A DNA stretch of 64,000 nt from NCBI GenBank assembly GCA_951406725.2, contig OX597820.1, forward strand, positions 100,750,001 through 100,814,000. Direction: 5' to 3'. The notes below the pieces were generated by a model, which saw only the letters and a program-made list of their open reading frames with translations, made no database searches and had not been told where the DNA came from. The DNA is from Octopus vulgaris. Lineage: Eukaryota. This document shows positions 27,060-40,379 of the stretch, piece by piece; the stretch's first letter is position 1; each line of letters opens with the position of its first letter. A program made the position numbers and the translations under genes.

Positions 27060-27625
27060 TTGGGTTGTCCGGAAAGTTTGTGCCGATTTTTAAAGGAATG
27101 AAAAAGGTTAACAAATACTTGCTACTACATTTTTAATCAACCAAATATGAACTATTTTGTTGCACAATGTGTCTCCATCTTTCCTTTAACTTTAAAATAC
27201 CCTCTTCCCAGAATTGAGGTGGTTTCATGGCAAAGAATTCATCAAGGTATCTTTTTATGTCATCCAAGGAATTGAAATTTTTACCATTAAGACTATTCTG
27301 CAGAGACCTGAATAAGTGGAAATCTGAAGGAGCAATATCTGGTGAATATGGAGGGTGGGGTAACACATCCCAGCCGAGCTGCAGCAATTTTTGTCTGGTT
27401 CCCAAGGCATCAAGTGCTGAAAATGAACTTTCTTATCTCCCATTTTAAAGGGTTACAGAATTAACACAGGTTATAGGAATATAAACCTTCTTCCATGAAA
27501 AGATAGCTTAAACTGTACTCTAAATGGAGATGTATTCAAATCCTATTTCATGGAATCAACTATGTTCTAAAATAAATCGAAAGGTAAGCTACTATAAATC
27601 GGCACGAACTTTCCGGACAACCTAA
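27060..27625 (-). mobile_element. Internally deleted mariner with both TIRs
   Basis: TA-TTGGGTTGTCCGGAAAGTTTGTGCCGATTT ... AAATCGGCACGAACTTTCCGGACAACCTAA-TA; N-terminal MGDKKVHF fused to C-terminal HPPYSPDIAPSDFHLF. Confidence 0.93.
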
Positions 27626-27635
27626 TAATAATAAC

Positions 27636-28935
27636 ATGAAGTAGATTTCAGAAGTTTTTAGACATTTTTAGGAGAAGCAGACTGTTGCAATTTTAGTATA
27701 TTATAACTGTACATCTAATAAGCTCATCTGCCAACTTTGTTTATTCCAAATTGAAGGAGACAGCTGTAACAGCACTTTGAAAATACCCTGCTAAACACTG
27801 CTTATAAAAGCTGACTAGTTTGCAGAATACAATCAGGATGGTTGGAAGCTCACTAAGCAATAAAGGCTTTTGTGTTAAACTGGACAAGAACACAACAGAA
27901 ACTTATGAAATGCTCCAGACGGCTTATGGATTAACTTTCTCGCTGGAACAAACAGTCCAAGTGTGGTAGAGAGGAGGTGAGAGACAATGAGAGGTGTGGA
28001 AGAGAGAGGGACATCAGAACATCAGAGGTGGTTAAGAAAATTTGCAGTTTTCTGGATGAAGATAGCCATTTGTCTATAAAGACAATAAGCATACAGTTTG
28101 GAGTTGGTGTGGCAACCGTACATGAAATTATTTCTAAAAATGTGCAAAATTTGTGCAAGGTTTACTCTCAGGGTGCTCAAGGATGAGCATCCTGGTAACC
28201 AACTACTTGATAGAGATACTCTTTACTCTTTTACTTGTTTCAGTCATTTGACTGTGGCCATGCTGGAGCACCACCTTTTAGTTGAGCAAATCGATCCCAG
28301 GACTTATTCTTTGTAAGCCTAGTACTTATTCTATTGGTCACTTTTACCAAACCGCTAAGTTACAGGGATGTAAACACACCAGCATCAGTTGTCAAGCGAT
28401 GTTGGCAGGGACAAACACAGACACACAAACATATACACACACATACATATATACGACAGGGCTTCTTTCAGTTTCCATCTACCAAATCCACTCACAAGGC
28501 TTTGGTCGGCCTGAGGCTATAGTAGAAGACACTTGCCCAATGTGCCACACAGTGGGACTGAACCTGGAACCATGTGATTGGTAAGCAAGCTACTTACCAC
28601 ACAGCCACTCCTACGCCTACGTAGGGCATCAAAACTATCCCTCACTCTCCCTACAGTGCAGACCTTGCTCCCAGTGACTCTTGGTTGTTCCCGAAGCTGA
28701 AGGAGAATCTCAGGAGCAGTTGATTTGAAGACATTGAGAAGATGAAGGAGGCTGTGACAAGGGTCTGGGACACCTTCATTATGGAGGATTTCCATGAGGC
28801 GTACACAAAGTAGCTGGAGTGCTACAACAATGCTTTGAAGTAATATCTTCCTTTGAAGGAGATTCAAGTTTCGTACTTATTCAAAATTAATAATGCCTCT
28901 CCTGAGAAGTCTGAAAACTTCTGGAATGCACCTTA
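27636..28935 (+). mobile_element. Decayed mariner deletion derivative interrupted by a SINE
   Basis: FCVKLDKNTTETYEMLQTAYG, HTH ORF 27977-28186, PHSPYSADLAPSDSWLFPKLKE; degenerate TIRs. Confidence 0.8.
28220..28620 (-). mobile_element. SINE family A, full length, nested in mariner
   Basis: Matches 25975-26376. Confidence 0.9.
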
Positions 28936-29065
28936 TAATAAGGCATTTTTTTTTTTTCACCCAGAGGTCTGCAACAAGCCTTATAACTTATCTACCTCCA
29001 TGTAATCTAGATTTTATGATTCCTAAAACTCTTTAATTTCAACTCAACACTTTCTGAAAATGTAA

Positions 29066-29173
29066 TGGTGGTGGTGGTGGTGGTGGTGGTGGTGGTGGTG
29101 GTGGTGGTGGTGGTGATGGTGGAAGCAACAGCAGTGGTAGTGGAGCTGGTAGTTGTTGTTGGTGGTGGTGGTG
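29066..29173. repeat. (GGT)n microsatellite
   Basis: Directly visible. Confidence 0.9.
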
Positions 29174-29195
29174 ATAGTAATATGATTTAGCATAT

Positions 29196-29365
29196 ATATT
29201 TCTTTACTACCCACAAGGGGCTAAACATATAGGGGACAAACAAGGACAGACAAAGGGATTAAGTCGATTACATCGACCCCAGAGTGAAACTGGTACTTTA
29301 TTTATCAACCCCGAAAGATTGAAAGGCAAAGTCGACCTCGGCGGAATTTGAACTCAGAACATAGC
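29196..29365 (-). mobile_element. SINE family B, 5'-truncated
   Basis: Matches 2899-3070. Confidence 0.85.
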
Positions 29366-30467
29366 GAGTAGTTAAGATTGCACAGCTTTATATACCAATA
29401 TTCCATGAGTTAACCTTACTTTATACCATGGCATTTGATGCCTAGATAATCTTCCAGTTGCTAACCAAAGAGTGTGCTAGTGTATTTATCATATCACAAG
29501 CAAAAGAGAATTGAAGCCGTCTTTCCAGACAAGCCCCTCTCTCCCATTGTGACATTGATAATATCAAGAAATATTACCATTTCTTTATAAGAGGAAAAGA
29601 ACTGGAATTATTTGTAAATTTTAATTCATTTAATACAGATAAGATCTCAAATATTCCAAAACTGCATGTTACAGAGATATTTATTATCATTAAGCTCCAA
29701 TAATTCTTCAATTTTATAAAGTGTTTTATGTTAAATGAATGCCACAAAGATAGATTAGATTCTGGCTTTACTTCAAATAGAATTCCCATTATGCTTCAAG
29801 AAAAAAAAAAGTCGGGGGCATGACAAAAGCCATTCTCTCTTGAAATCTTGCCAATTGCTCCGATGTTACAGAGAGTAGCAGCAATATTCAACATGAAACG
29901 TACAAACTTCATATTAATGTACTGCTTCCTGTGAATTTAACAACTGTTAACTTACGTCTCCATCATATATGATCTCTAATCAATACTCTGAAAGTTTTCT
30001 TAGTCTCATTCCAAAGGGAGAACTAGTATTTGAGGAATACAAGTAAATAATGATGATGATGATGATGATTTTAATAATATATATAAATAAATGAAATAAA
30101 ATTAGTATAAAAAAAGTATAAAAGAAATGATAGAAACTAAAAATTATACAAAAATTTAATTTAAAACCCTAAAGAGCAAAGAGAAATCAAAAACTTTGCC
30201 GCACACATTCCTTTCCATACATTTCGATTTCTTCTACTTCTAGTTTATGCTGCTTGCTAAAAAGGATTTGTGAAAAAAGGATATGAATGCCAGTGAGACA
30301 GAAATCTTAGCTTATTACAGCTTGTTTCTACCTCACTACAATTCAAAGAAAAGTTTGTTTTTTTTACTTGTTTTGAGAAAGAAATGAAAATTCTGAACGT
30401 AATCTGAAAAAAGTTGTATTCAATCTTTTAACAAAGGTTTTTTTTTTTTACCTTTTTTTTTTAACCT

Positions 30468-30830
30468 TTTTACTTATTTCAGTCATTGGGATGTGGCTAT
30501 TTTGAGCCACTGCCTTAAAGGGGTCAGTTGAACAAATCAACCCCAGTACTTATTTTTTTAAAGTCTGGTACTTATTTCATCAGTCTCTTTTGCTGAACCA
30601 CTAAGTTACAGAAATATAAACAAACCAACACAAGTCATCATGTGGTGGGGACATACACACACACACACATATATATGATGAGTTTCCACAGTTTCCCTCT
30701 ACCAAATTCATCCAAAATGTATTAGTTGGACCAGGGGGCTATAGTAGATTATACATGTCCCAGTGCTGTGCAGTGAGATTGAACTTGAAACCATGCAGAT
30801 GCAAGGTGAGCTTCTTAACCACACATCTAT
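30468..30830 (-). mobile_element. SINE family A, old copy
   Basis: TTTCAGTCATT.., CTCTTTTGCTGAACCACTAAGTTAC, CTTCTTAACCACAC. Confidence 0.75.
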
Positions 30831-31239
30831 GTCTACACACCATAATTGCTGAAACTATTGTTATTGTTAATTCAATAATCATTTTGAAAATGCTGAGTGC
30901 CTGATCACAGCATCACTGGGTTCAAATGGCTAAAATATGGACTAGCTATTTGGTGGTTTCCTGCTTGCCTCAGATTGCCCAACAATGGTTTCCAAACTAG
31001 CATCATAATTGAGTTGTTAGCTACTGGAAAAACATCCAACTGTAAAAACATTATATCTAATAAAAGTAAAAGCATTTATCCATTTTTACAAGCAAAAATT
31101 GATGTAAAAATTAAATAAAAAGTTAGTGTTTATAAAATAGAACTCTAAACAATAACTGCACTTATCTCACCCAGTTATACTACATTTTGCTGTATTTTAT
31201 GATAGATTTAGTTATAGAGACAGCACTAAAGGCTTAGAT

Positions 31240-31505
31240 CTGCAGGTCTCATCCATATTTTATCTATAAACCCCTTTGATTCTTATTTTACTCAAGGGGT
31301 AGGGCCCTCAAAGCCATTCAATGTCTAAAAACATGTATTATATTTTTAAGATTAAATATTATTAGGAATTGTATTTTTTTAAAAATGCTTAAATATTTTG
31401 TGAATCGTAGAAATGCAACCAGTTTATTGCACATAGATTTTAACAACAAAATCTTATGTGGACACCCCCACCAAGGACAATATGGACACCAGTTGAAAAC
31501 CACTG
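31240..31505. mobile_element. hAT-type MITE, old
   Basis: 8-bp TSD GCTTAGAT at 31232-31239 and 31506-31513; right end GTTGAAAACCACTG. Confidence 0.72.
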
Positions 31506-32092
31506 GCTTAGATAACGTGCTACACTCACAAGGAGACAGCAAGTCTCTCATGAATTTCACAGTACTTCTGTTGCTTACAACAGTGAGTTGATGTTATTCT
31601 ACAGTACCTAGGAGGTACTGGAGAGATAATTATCTGGTACTAAGCATGATGCATTGCTAGTTACAGGATACAAACTACTATCCTTTTGAGTATCCAAATC
31701 AAATTGTTCACTTTTCCATTTTGTTCTGGAACAGCCCAAAAATTACTGGTGTAGCTTTCCACAGAGAAATAAACACTATATAAATAAACAGTTAAGATAG
31801 ACTTAAAATATTGTGAGCATTTTCATATGGCAAGTACCACTGCACTAACTTACAGATTATCTCATTTACGTATTATCTCATTGATAATCAATGTGTGAGA
31901 GGGGAGAAACAGCTCAGAGGTTCTGCAATTATAACTTCAATTTGCACATAAACTATTAAATGATTTAACAAGAATAAAACCGTAGGAGTCAAACTATCTG
32001 ACCATGAAGGATAAGGTTTCTGGACAGTCTACATGAATTGCAGAGAACCTAAAAGTAAATGTCATTGTCGTCGCTGCCACCACCACCAATGG

Positions 32093-32126
<34 letters not shown>

Positions 32127-32989
32127 TTTAATGTACACTTTGCTGAGCTTACATTGGTCAGATAAAATTTGTTGAGGCAGATTTTCATCAGTCAGATGCA
32201 TCCGTAGAGAATATTCAGTAAAATAATATCAAAGAACGGAGTTAGCAAATTGCATTTATTGCTTTGTTTACAACTGTTTTGTTGATTTCTATTAAACCAT
32301 TCTTGCATCATGACATTATCAGACCAACAGTTACTGATTTATTTCTATGCACTGTGCAAATTTTCCTTTCATAGCGCATGGCAGAATCAACTTCCCAAAA
32401 TGCCATAAATAGCAATATGAGTTTGTTTATCTATCTGCTTGTCTGACTGTCTATCTGAGGCATGAGCACTTTCAAACATTCATATACACACAATGCCAAC
32501 TTCCACCTACCAAATTCCGTTACAAGGCAATAGATTTATATATATATATATGTACATACCAAACTAGCAAAAACCTTAATTTCTTCTTTAGTAAGAAACT
32601 AAGCTGTGTTCTCAACTCTATATGAAAAGCTGAGGAATTGATACCTATAGATAAATTAATATCTACTACAAAAAATTTGCTATTAATGTGTGAGGTAAGC
32701 TGTATCCCAACAAGAACAAGAGAACAAAGGTAGTGAATACAGTTAACTTTCAACAACCAAATGAAACACATCTTCTTAGAACCCATTTTGTGTCCAACCA
32801 CCCCATGCACTGCACTAACTACTACATCCAGTTACTTCCTTTCCAGAACACTGGCTTCCTTGGAACTCCTTTCTTTGCTGATGTCTTCCTTGCAGATGTC
32901 AAACTGCAAGTCTTTGCAGAATGTTAATGGCATCTATCTCAGTCTTGAGAGACCTACGATGGAGATGGGCATTGCCCTTTGTTCTAGAC

Positions 32990-33208
32990 CAGTGCTTTTC
33001 AACCTTTTTGCTGGAGCGGAACCCCAAAAAAACATTTCACTGGCTTGAGGAACCCCTGTGCAATAATTTAATTGTCTTATGCACACATATTTGCAGAGGA
33101 GAATTAAAAATTACTTTCAATTTTAGCATTTTTGTAACTTCTTGCAGAACCCCTGGACTGTACTGGCGGAACCCTAAGGTTCCGCGGAACCCTGGTTGAA
33201 AACCACTG
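32990..33208. mobile_element. hAT (Charlie/Buster-like) MITE
   Basis: TIRs CAGTGCTTTTCAACC / GGTTGAAAACCACTG; 8-bp TSD TTCTAGAC on both sides; internal GGAACCC repeats. Confidence 0.92.
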
Positions 33209-33614
33209 TTCTAGACATTGGAAAATGAATAAAATAAAAGTATTAGCTTTAAACAGGGACATCAAGTAGTAGAGTTCTTTACTGTCAGCAGAAGTGGAAC
33301 TATAAAACTGATGAGTAAATCCTCACCTTATAGTGCTGATTTCAAACCCTTTTGCCAGATAAGGTCGCTGCAGAATATTGGCAGCTTATCTAAGAGGATA
33401 CACGTCTCATTGTACAATTCTATCAACAGAGATGAGCATTAACCAAACTGGAATGAGGTCCCTGAAAAGAAACACAACCTAAATCTCCTTCAAATTACAT
33501 GTAAATGTATTAAATAAGGAAGTATATGTTGGAGAATGAATCTTGGATATAGTGTATCAAACGAGAAGACATGATAGTCACAGTTGAAATGTCATTGATC
33601 CTAGGTTAGTTTAA

Positions 33615-33810
33615 CCCTCTAGCATTTAAACCAGCCATATCTGGCCAAAATATTCAACCAGCCAGATTAATGTTTTCATACTTAATTTATAAACTCCTTC
33701 TAAAAATATACAAGGACATCATCAAAATTTTGAAGGTACAAAATAATGCCTGATTAATTCAAAACAATATCAATAAACAAGAATTATAATTTAATTTGAA
33801 TGATAAAGAG
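33615..33810 (+). mobile_element. piggyBac-type MITE
   Basis: TTAA-CCCTCTAGCATT ... AATGATAAAGAG-TTAA; copies at 34292 and 39907. Confidence 0.75.
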
Positions 33811-34291
33811 TTAATCAAAGTTGCCATGAAACTAAGCAGCAACAAAAATTAATCCTTGCTCCATATTACATTTTATTTTCCATGGTTTTTTAAAAATATA
33901 TAACTAAGTTTATTAAAGGAGAAATAACAGCAAAATTTAGGCTATGATAATTTACTTTTAAGAAAGTTTGTAATAAAATTAACATGAAAGAAAGGTATCC
34001 AGTCATCATCATCCTCATCACCATTTAACATCTGTGGTCCATGCTCACATGGGTTGGATGGTTTGACCAGGGCTAGCAAACTGGACGGCTACACCAGACT
34101 CCACCCAAAAAATAATAAACTTGCTTTTGTTGGCAGTGGCATCATGATTTTAACAAGCTACTTCTATATTAAGGTTCTGCAGAGAAAAGCTTAGAAGTAG
34201 TTAGTTAAAATGTCTCTAAAAGCAACTAGAAGTCAACTACAATTTAGCCTTCGGTTAGTGTTCTAATCAGAAATTAAAATTACGACTTTAA

Positions 34292-34511
34292 CCCTTTAAT
34301 ATTTAAACAGGCCATATCCGGCTCCAATATTCTACCTGTTTCGTGTTCAAACCAGCCAGATCCAGCCTCTCACACCTAACCTACAATGTCATTCTAAAAA
34401 TACGCAATCATTTCATCAAAATTTCAAAGCTATGAGATAATACAGGATCAATTCAAAACAATGTGGATACATAAGCATTGCATTTGACAGAGTAATCCAA
34501 ATGCCACAGGG
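34292..34511 (+). mobile_element. piggyBac-type MITE
   Basis: TTAA-CCCTTT ... CAGGG-TTAA. Confidence 0.8.
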
Positions 34512-34764
34512 TTAAATTTGTGCAAGAAATTTTAAATAAGGTAGGAAGTTTGTTGAAGTAGATTTGGCAGTTTATCTGCACAGATTGAGTGACAATAGAG
34601 ACTCTCCCATATTGATGTATATTGTTAAATATTAATATTTGTTGTTAATAATGAATCAGCAAAATCTTTTAGAAATTGGAGCTGGTACATAAAAACAACC
34701 TCAATGCTTCAAATGATTCATGCTGTAAAATATAGTTCACGTTTTCTCTTTTGTTATTTATAGA

Positions 34765-35005
34765 CCAGGTTGTGTGTTATGTTCATGAGCAAAAACACTT
34801 TATTTTATGTTGTTCCTATTCACTCAGCTGTAGAAATGAGTTGTGACATCACTGGTACCAAGCTGAACCGGCTTTTGCCTTTCCCTCGGACAACATTGGT
34901 GGCATGGAAAGGAGAGACAAGTATTCATGGGCGACTGCTGGTCTTCCACAAAACAACCTTGCCCAGACTTGTATATTGGAAGGGAACTTTCTGGGTGCAA
35001 CCCCA
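34765..35005 (+). mobile_element. SINE family E, truncated
   Basis: CACTCAGCTGTAGAAATGAGTTGTGACATCACTGGT matches 50170-50505. Confidence 0.75.
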
Positions 35006-35033
35006 TGGAAGTGGACGTCTTTATCGTTATATA

Positions 35034-35070
<37 letters not shown>

Positions 35071-36444
35071 GTGTATACATTATTTCCTTTTCTCTGTTTC
35101 AGTCATTTGATTGAGGCCATGCTAGAGCACCGCTCCCAGCTGAACGAATCAATCCCAGGACTTATGCTTTGTAAGCCTAGTACTTATTTTATCAGTCTCT
35201 TTTGCTAAACTGTTACATTACGTGGATATATAATTGCAAAGAGACCAGTCTACAATGCTTGAATAGAATTATAAATCAAAAGCAGCCAGTCCAGTCATGT
35301 ATTTGACAGATGTTTTTAACCTTGGCATTATTTTCTTTATTGTGAGGAACTGATTAAAGGATTGAGGATTTGAAAGAGTGATTATCCTTTTAGAGTATTT
35401 TAGAAGTTTCTTGAGAGAGAAACAATTTTTGTTGTAAGAAGGCTGAGTAAGTAAATAACAAAAGCTTTCTCGCATGGTCATCTTAAATACTGGGATGGAA
35501 AAAATTACAATCTACTTCAAACAATATCTGTATAAAGTTCATCTGTCAGACATTAACTACAAAAGCCTGAGCAGGAAACACACACACACACATGTACACA
35601 CACACACACGCACATGTACACACACACACATGAACATATCTATTTTCCTTAAAAAAAGACGTTATCGATATTGACATCATGCCGTGTACATTAGGCTACT
35701 AGAAACAACAATATTTAATTCATTGTCAATATATAGATCTTACTAATTCTCCAATGGAGTCATGACAATCCAGCCTTTTTGAAAAACAAAACAGTCACTT
35801 CACATATCAAAGAATCAATCTTGTATCTTATCTGCTTTCGAAAACCCCTCCAAGTTACTGCAAATGCTTGGTTTCATAATCAACAATGATCTTTTCTGGC
35901 AACCCCTCACCCCAACCAACATACATAGCACGGCAAAATCTGCACCCAAAGGACCATCAATCCTCTTCAGATCCAGAAAATACTTCAGTTCTGATCAATT
36001 GCTGACCTTCTACAAAACTCAAGAACCACATTTGTTGAACAATCTATTTTTGTTATTGGAAGATAACAGCCTTGACATGCTGTCAGGAGCATTAGATTAC
36101 TTTAAGTACATTCATGCATGCAAACATATACACCCACTCACGCACATATGCATACATGCACTGAGAGTTGCATGTGAGCACATGACATCTTTCTGTGGCA
36201 CATCATGAGAACATATCTTGTGAAATCAATTTGTTATTTAAAAGCTGATATGAAATTAAAAACAATTTTTGCTGTTAAGCGAATTTTGTTTTAAGCATTC
36301 CATTTACAGTCTCTAAGAGAAGATATAAAAACAGATGAAACAGGTTTCTAATTAATCATTCAATATAATATATATCATATGTGACTGTGATCAAATCAGT
36401 CACATTTGTTTTTCTTTTTCTTTTTTTTTTGCACAGTAGACACA

Positions 36445-36738
36445 GAAATGGTTTATGGTTGTGTGGTTAAGAAGTTCATTTCCCAGTCATGTGGTCTTGG
36501 GTTCAGTCCTACTGCATGGCAACTTGGGCAAATGTCTTCTATTAAAAGTCCCAGACCAAAACAAAATCTTGTGAGTGGGTTTGGCGGATGCAAAGTAAAA
36601 GAAGACTGTCATTTGTGTGTGTGTGTGTGTGTGTGATCATCATCATCATTTAGTGTCTGCTTTCCACGCTGGTATGGGTTAGACAAACAATTGAGCTCAT
36701 CCAGGATTCTCTATAAACATTGATAGATAGATAGATAA

Positions 36739-36815
<77 letters not shown>

Positions 36816-37055
36816 CAGATAGATAGATACAGATGTGTGTGTGTGTGTGTGTGTGTGCACGCACATTTATATATCCTTGTGTCTGAGTTTGTTTTTTTCC
36901 CTCCACCGCTTGACAACCAGTGTTTGTTTACTTCCCCATAACAACAGTTCAGTAGAAGAGCAGAATGGAAAAGTTAACAAGATTTTAAAATAATAAGTAA
37001 TGTGGTTGATTTGTTCGACTAAAACTCTTTAAAGTGGTGACTGAAACAAGTAGAA
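36445..37055 (+). mobile_element. Old SINE family A interrupted by an RTE tail fragment and (GACA)n/(GATA)n
   Basis: 5' half 36445-36610, 3' half 36878-37055. Confidence 0.65.
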
Positions 37056-37395
37056 TATGAAAGATTAATAAGTGTCATGTATTGATGGGTAGTTTTAGCT
37101 GTATTGTCTTTGGCAAATGCATAAATGTGAGGTTGTGGCGTTGATGCCTTTCTTAAGAGAAATAAGCCAACCACAACCATGAATGAAAGCCATGTTATGC
37201 ACTCACAAACAGCTTAGATTCTACTCTTCATCAGTGAACAATTAATTATATCAACAACTATAATAATAACCAGTGGTTGTATACTGTCAACTTAACGTGA
37301 CAGTCCTGTATGGAAATTACACCACCGCTGTTTAGCCCTAGGAAGCATCGAATGCTTCCTGTCGGCTTTGACACATTTCCTGTGTCCTTATATTT

Positions 37396-37436
37396 GAGGA
37401 CATGCATGTTTCTGGGTCTTAACCAGTCATCAGCCC
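37396..37436 (-). ncRNA. Minimal type I hammerhead ribozyme (minus arm)
   Basis: GGG-CTGATGA-CTGGT(taag)ACCCA-GAA-ACATGCATGT-C-CTC. Confidence 0.75.
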
Positions 37437-37468
37437 AGGATAGTGAGATCAGCAGATCTCACTATCCT

Positions 37469-37509
37469 GGGCTGATGACGGGTTAAGACCCAGAAACATG
37501 CATGTCCTC
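37469..37509 (+). ncRNA. Minimal type I hammerhead ribozyme (plus arm)
   Basis: GGG-CTGATGA-C-GGGT(taag)ACCC-A-GAA-ACATGCATGT-C-CTC; GUC triplet, 10-nt palindromic helix III. Confidence 0.8.
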
Positions 37510-37734
37510 AGGTGTGAATCTTGGCTGGTGGGGGTGCTTGCCTCCCCTTCACAAATATAAGGACACAGGAAATATGTCAAAGCCGACAGGAAGCGTCGAT
37601 GCTTCCAAGTGCTAAACAGCGGTGGTGTAATTCCCATACGGGACTGTCATGTTATGTTGACTGTATACAACCACTCTATCGCTCCACCACCGCTCATGTC
37701 TCTTTGAGACATTTAGAAATTCAATATTTCTGAT

Positions 37735-37787
37735 ATAATAATAACATGGATTCTAATGTTGTACATTAGAATCCATGTTATTATTAT
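37735..37787. repeat. Perfect 24-bp-arm hairpin
   Basis: ATAATAATAACATGGATTCTAATG-ttgta-CATTAGAATCCATGTTATTATTAT. Confidence 0.9.
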
Positions 37788-37901
37788 TATGTAAGGTATT
37801 ATCATGGCATTATGATATCATGCATAGTTCTATTCTGGCAGTATGTATGATGCAGTAATGGACCATACAATGAACAATGTATGGAACAATTATAGCACTA
37901 T

Positions 37902-38350
37902 AGCATAAACTATTTAGTTTAACTTGTCAACTATAACTAGTTTAAACTTTGTATTTTTTACTGTAGTTTCATCCATGAGGATGACACTATCCCTATGACT
38001 TCCTCAGGCCCTACAAGATATTTCAAGCAAGAATTTAAAACATGTCTGTAGGCTAACTATCAAGACCACACTTGGCAAAAAAATAACAATAACATTTTGT
38101 TTCAGTTAGGATGAGAATTGGCTTTATTCTTTAAATTTTTCTATTGGGTTGTAACTGAATGAACTGATCTTAGTACAAAAGTTATTGTACTAATAAGAAA
38201 TGAGAAGTAAATTGAACAAGGGTCTAAAGGATTTTCAAATTAGCATAAACTGTTTCGTTTAGCATGTCAACTATAGCTAGTTTCAATTTGATTTTTTTTT
38301 TTTACTACAAGGAAGACACCATCCCTGTGATCTTCTCAGGCTTTATAAGA
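37902..38350. repeat. Diverged direct repeat (37902-38020 and 38242-38350)
   Basis: AGCATAAACT..TGTCAACTATA.CTAGTTT..GACAC.ATCCCT.TGA..CTCAGGC occurs twice. Confidence 0.65.
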
Positions 38351-38633
38351 CTGCTGAAAAACTAGAAATTGATACTTGTGAAGCTCAAAAGTGTGAGATA
38401 TTCTGGTCTGTGAGTAAATCAAGTCATCTTTGATGGAGACAAGTGTTCTGAAAAGAAGTGCTATTATGACTGGGTATTCAATGAGGCATGAGCAAAAGGG
38501 GTTCTCAACAGACAGCCTGGACATTCAAGTTGATAGTAGTATAGTGGATAGAACAATTAAGGATATGAAAGCATAAATATGGTAAGAGTGTACTGATATA
38601 TATGTATTTCGGTATGTAGACGTATGTTCATAA

Positions 38634-38671
<38 letters not shown>

Positions 38672-38672
<1 letters not shown>

Positions 38673-38796
38673 AACCACATGGTTCTGGGTTCTGTCTCAC
38701 TGTGTGGCATCTTGGGCAAGTGTCTTCTACTATAGCTTTGGGCCGACCAAAGCCTTGTGAGTGGATTTGGTAGACAGAAACTGAAAGAAGCCTGTC

Positions 38797-38834
<38 letters not shown>

Positions 38835-39050
38835 GTGCGTGTATATGTTTGTGCGTCTCTGTTTGTCTCCCCAACATAGCTTGACAACCAATGCTGGTGT
38901 GTTTACGTCCCTGTAACTTAGCGGTTCGGCCAAAGATACCGATAAAATAAGTACTAGGCTTACAAAGAATAAGTCCTGGGGTCGATTTGCTCAACTAAAA
39001 GTGGTGCTCCAGCATGGCCACAGTCAAATGACTGAAATGAGTAAAAGAGT
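38672..39050 (+). mobile_element. SINE family A, slightly 5'-truncated
   Basis: Matches 54120-54545. Confidence 0.88.
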
Positions 39051-39196
39051 ATATATAAATATATATATATACACACACACACACCCTGACCCCAATGGTG
39101 TGTGTGTGTGTGTGTATATATCTAGTTGGAATTTACAAATTTACCAAAAAACAAACAAAACAATCATTTAATATCTGCCTTCCATGCTGGCAGGAT

Positions 39197-39838
<642 letters not shown>

Positions 39839-39906
39839 AAGTAAACCGGACTGTAAATGGATTTAATAAATATATCAATTAATTTAAATAACAACAACAG
39901 TATTAA

Positions 39907-40124
39907 CCCTATAGCATTCAGATTACTCTGTCAAATGTAATGCTTATTTATTAGCATTGTTTTGAATTAATCATGCAGTCTCATAGCTTCAAGATTTAGA
40001 TGATGTGATTAATTATTTTTAGAATAACTTCATACAATAGGTGTAAGGAACCAGATCTGGCTAGTTTGAACATAAAGCACGTAGAATATTTGTTCCAGAT
40101 ATGGCCAGTTTAAATGCTAAAGGG
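39907..40124 (-). mobile_element. piggyBac-type MITE, opposite orientation to 34292
   Basis: TTAA-CCCTATAGCATT ... AATGCTAAAGGG-TAA. Confidence 0.8.
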
Positions 40125-40139
40125 TAAATAATGGTTATT

Positions 40140-40348
40140 AATGCAAGCACAAGGCCCTGAAGTTCAATAAAAGGGTTCAGTCAATAGCATCATCCCCAGG
40201 ACTGGACTCATACTTTATCTTACTGACCCCTGAAAGGATGCGAGGCAAAGTTGCCCTCAGCAGAATTTGAAACAGAACATAAAGATCCAGAAGAAATGTC
40301 ACTAGACATTTTTGTCAGATGCACTAATGATCCAGCCAGCTTGTTGCC

Positions 40349-40350
<2 letters not shown>
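40140..40350 (-). mobile_element. SINE family B, diverged
   Basis: CCCCTGAAAGGATGCGAGGCAAAGTTG..GCCAGCTTGTTGCCTT. Confidence 0.75.

Positions 40351-40379
<29 letters not shown>

Larger units (their letters stand above)
37272..37675. repeat. Head-to-head inverted duplication (arms about 180 and 220 bp, 4-nt loop) of an HHR-bearing element
   Basis: CCCAGGATAGTGAGATC-agca-GATCTCACTATCCTGGG centre; arms pair out to AGTGGTTGTATAC / GTATACAACCACT. Confidence 0.95.

Noticed and set aside
29574-29789. 71-aa minus-strand ORF
   Set aside because: No recognisable domain or coding-like composition.
32265-32325. HHR-like remnants (also 30312, 44175, 55032, 56685)
   Set aside because: Only the GAAAC-palindrome half is present or there are multiple core substitutions; too degenerate to call.
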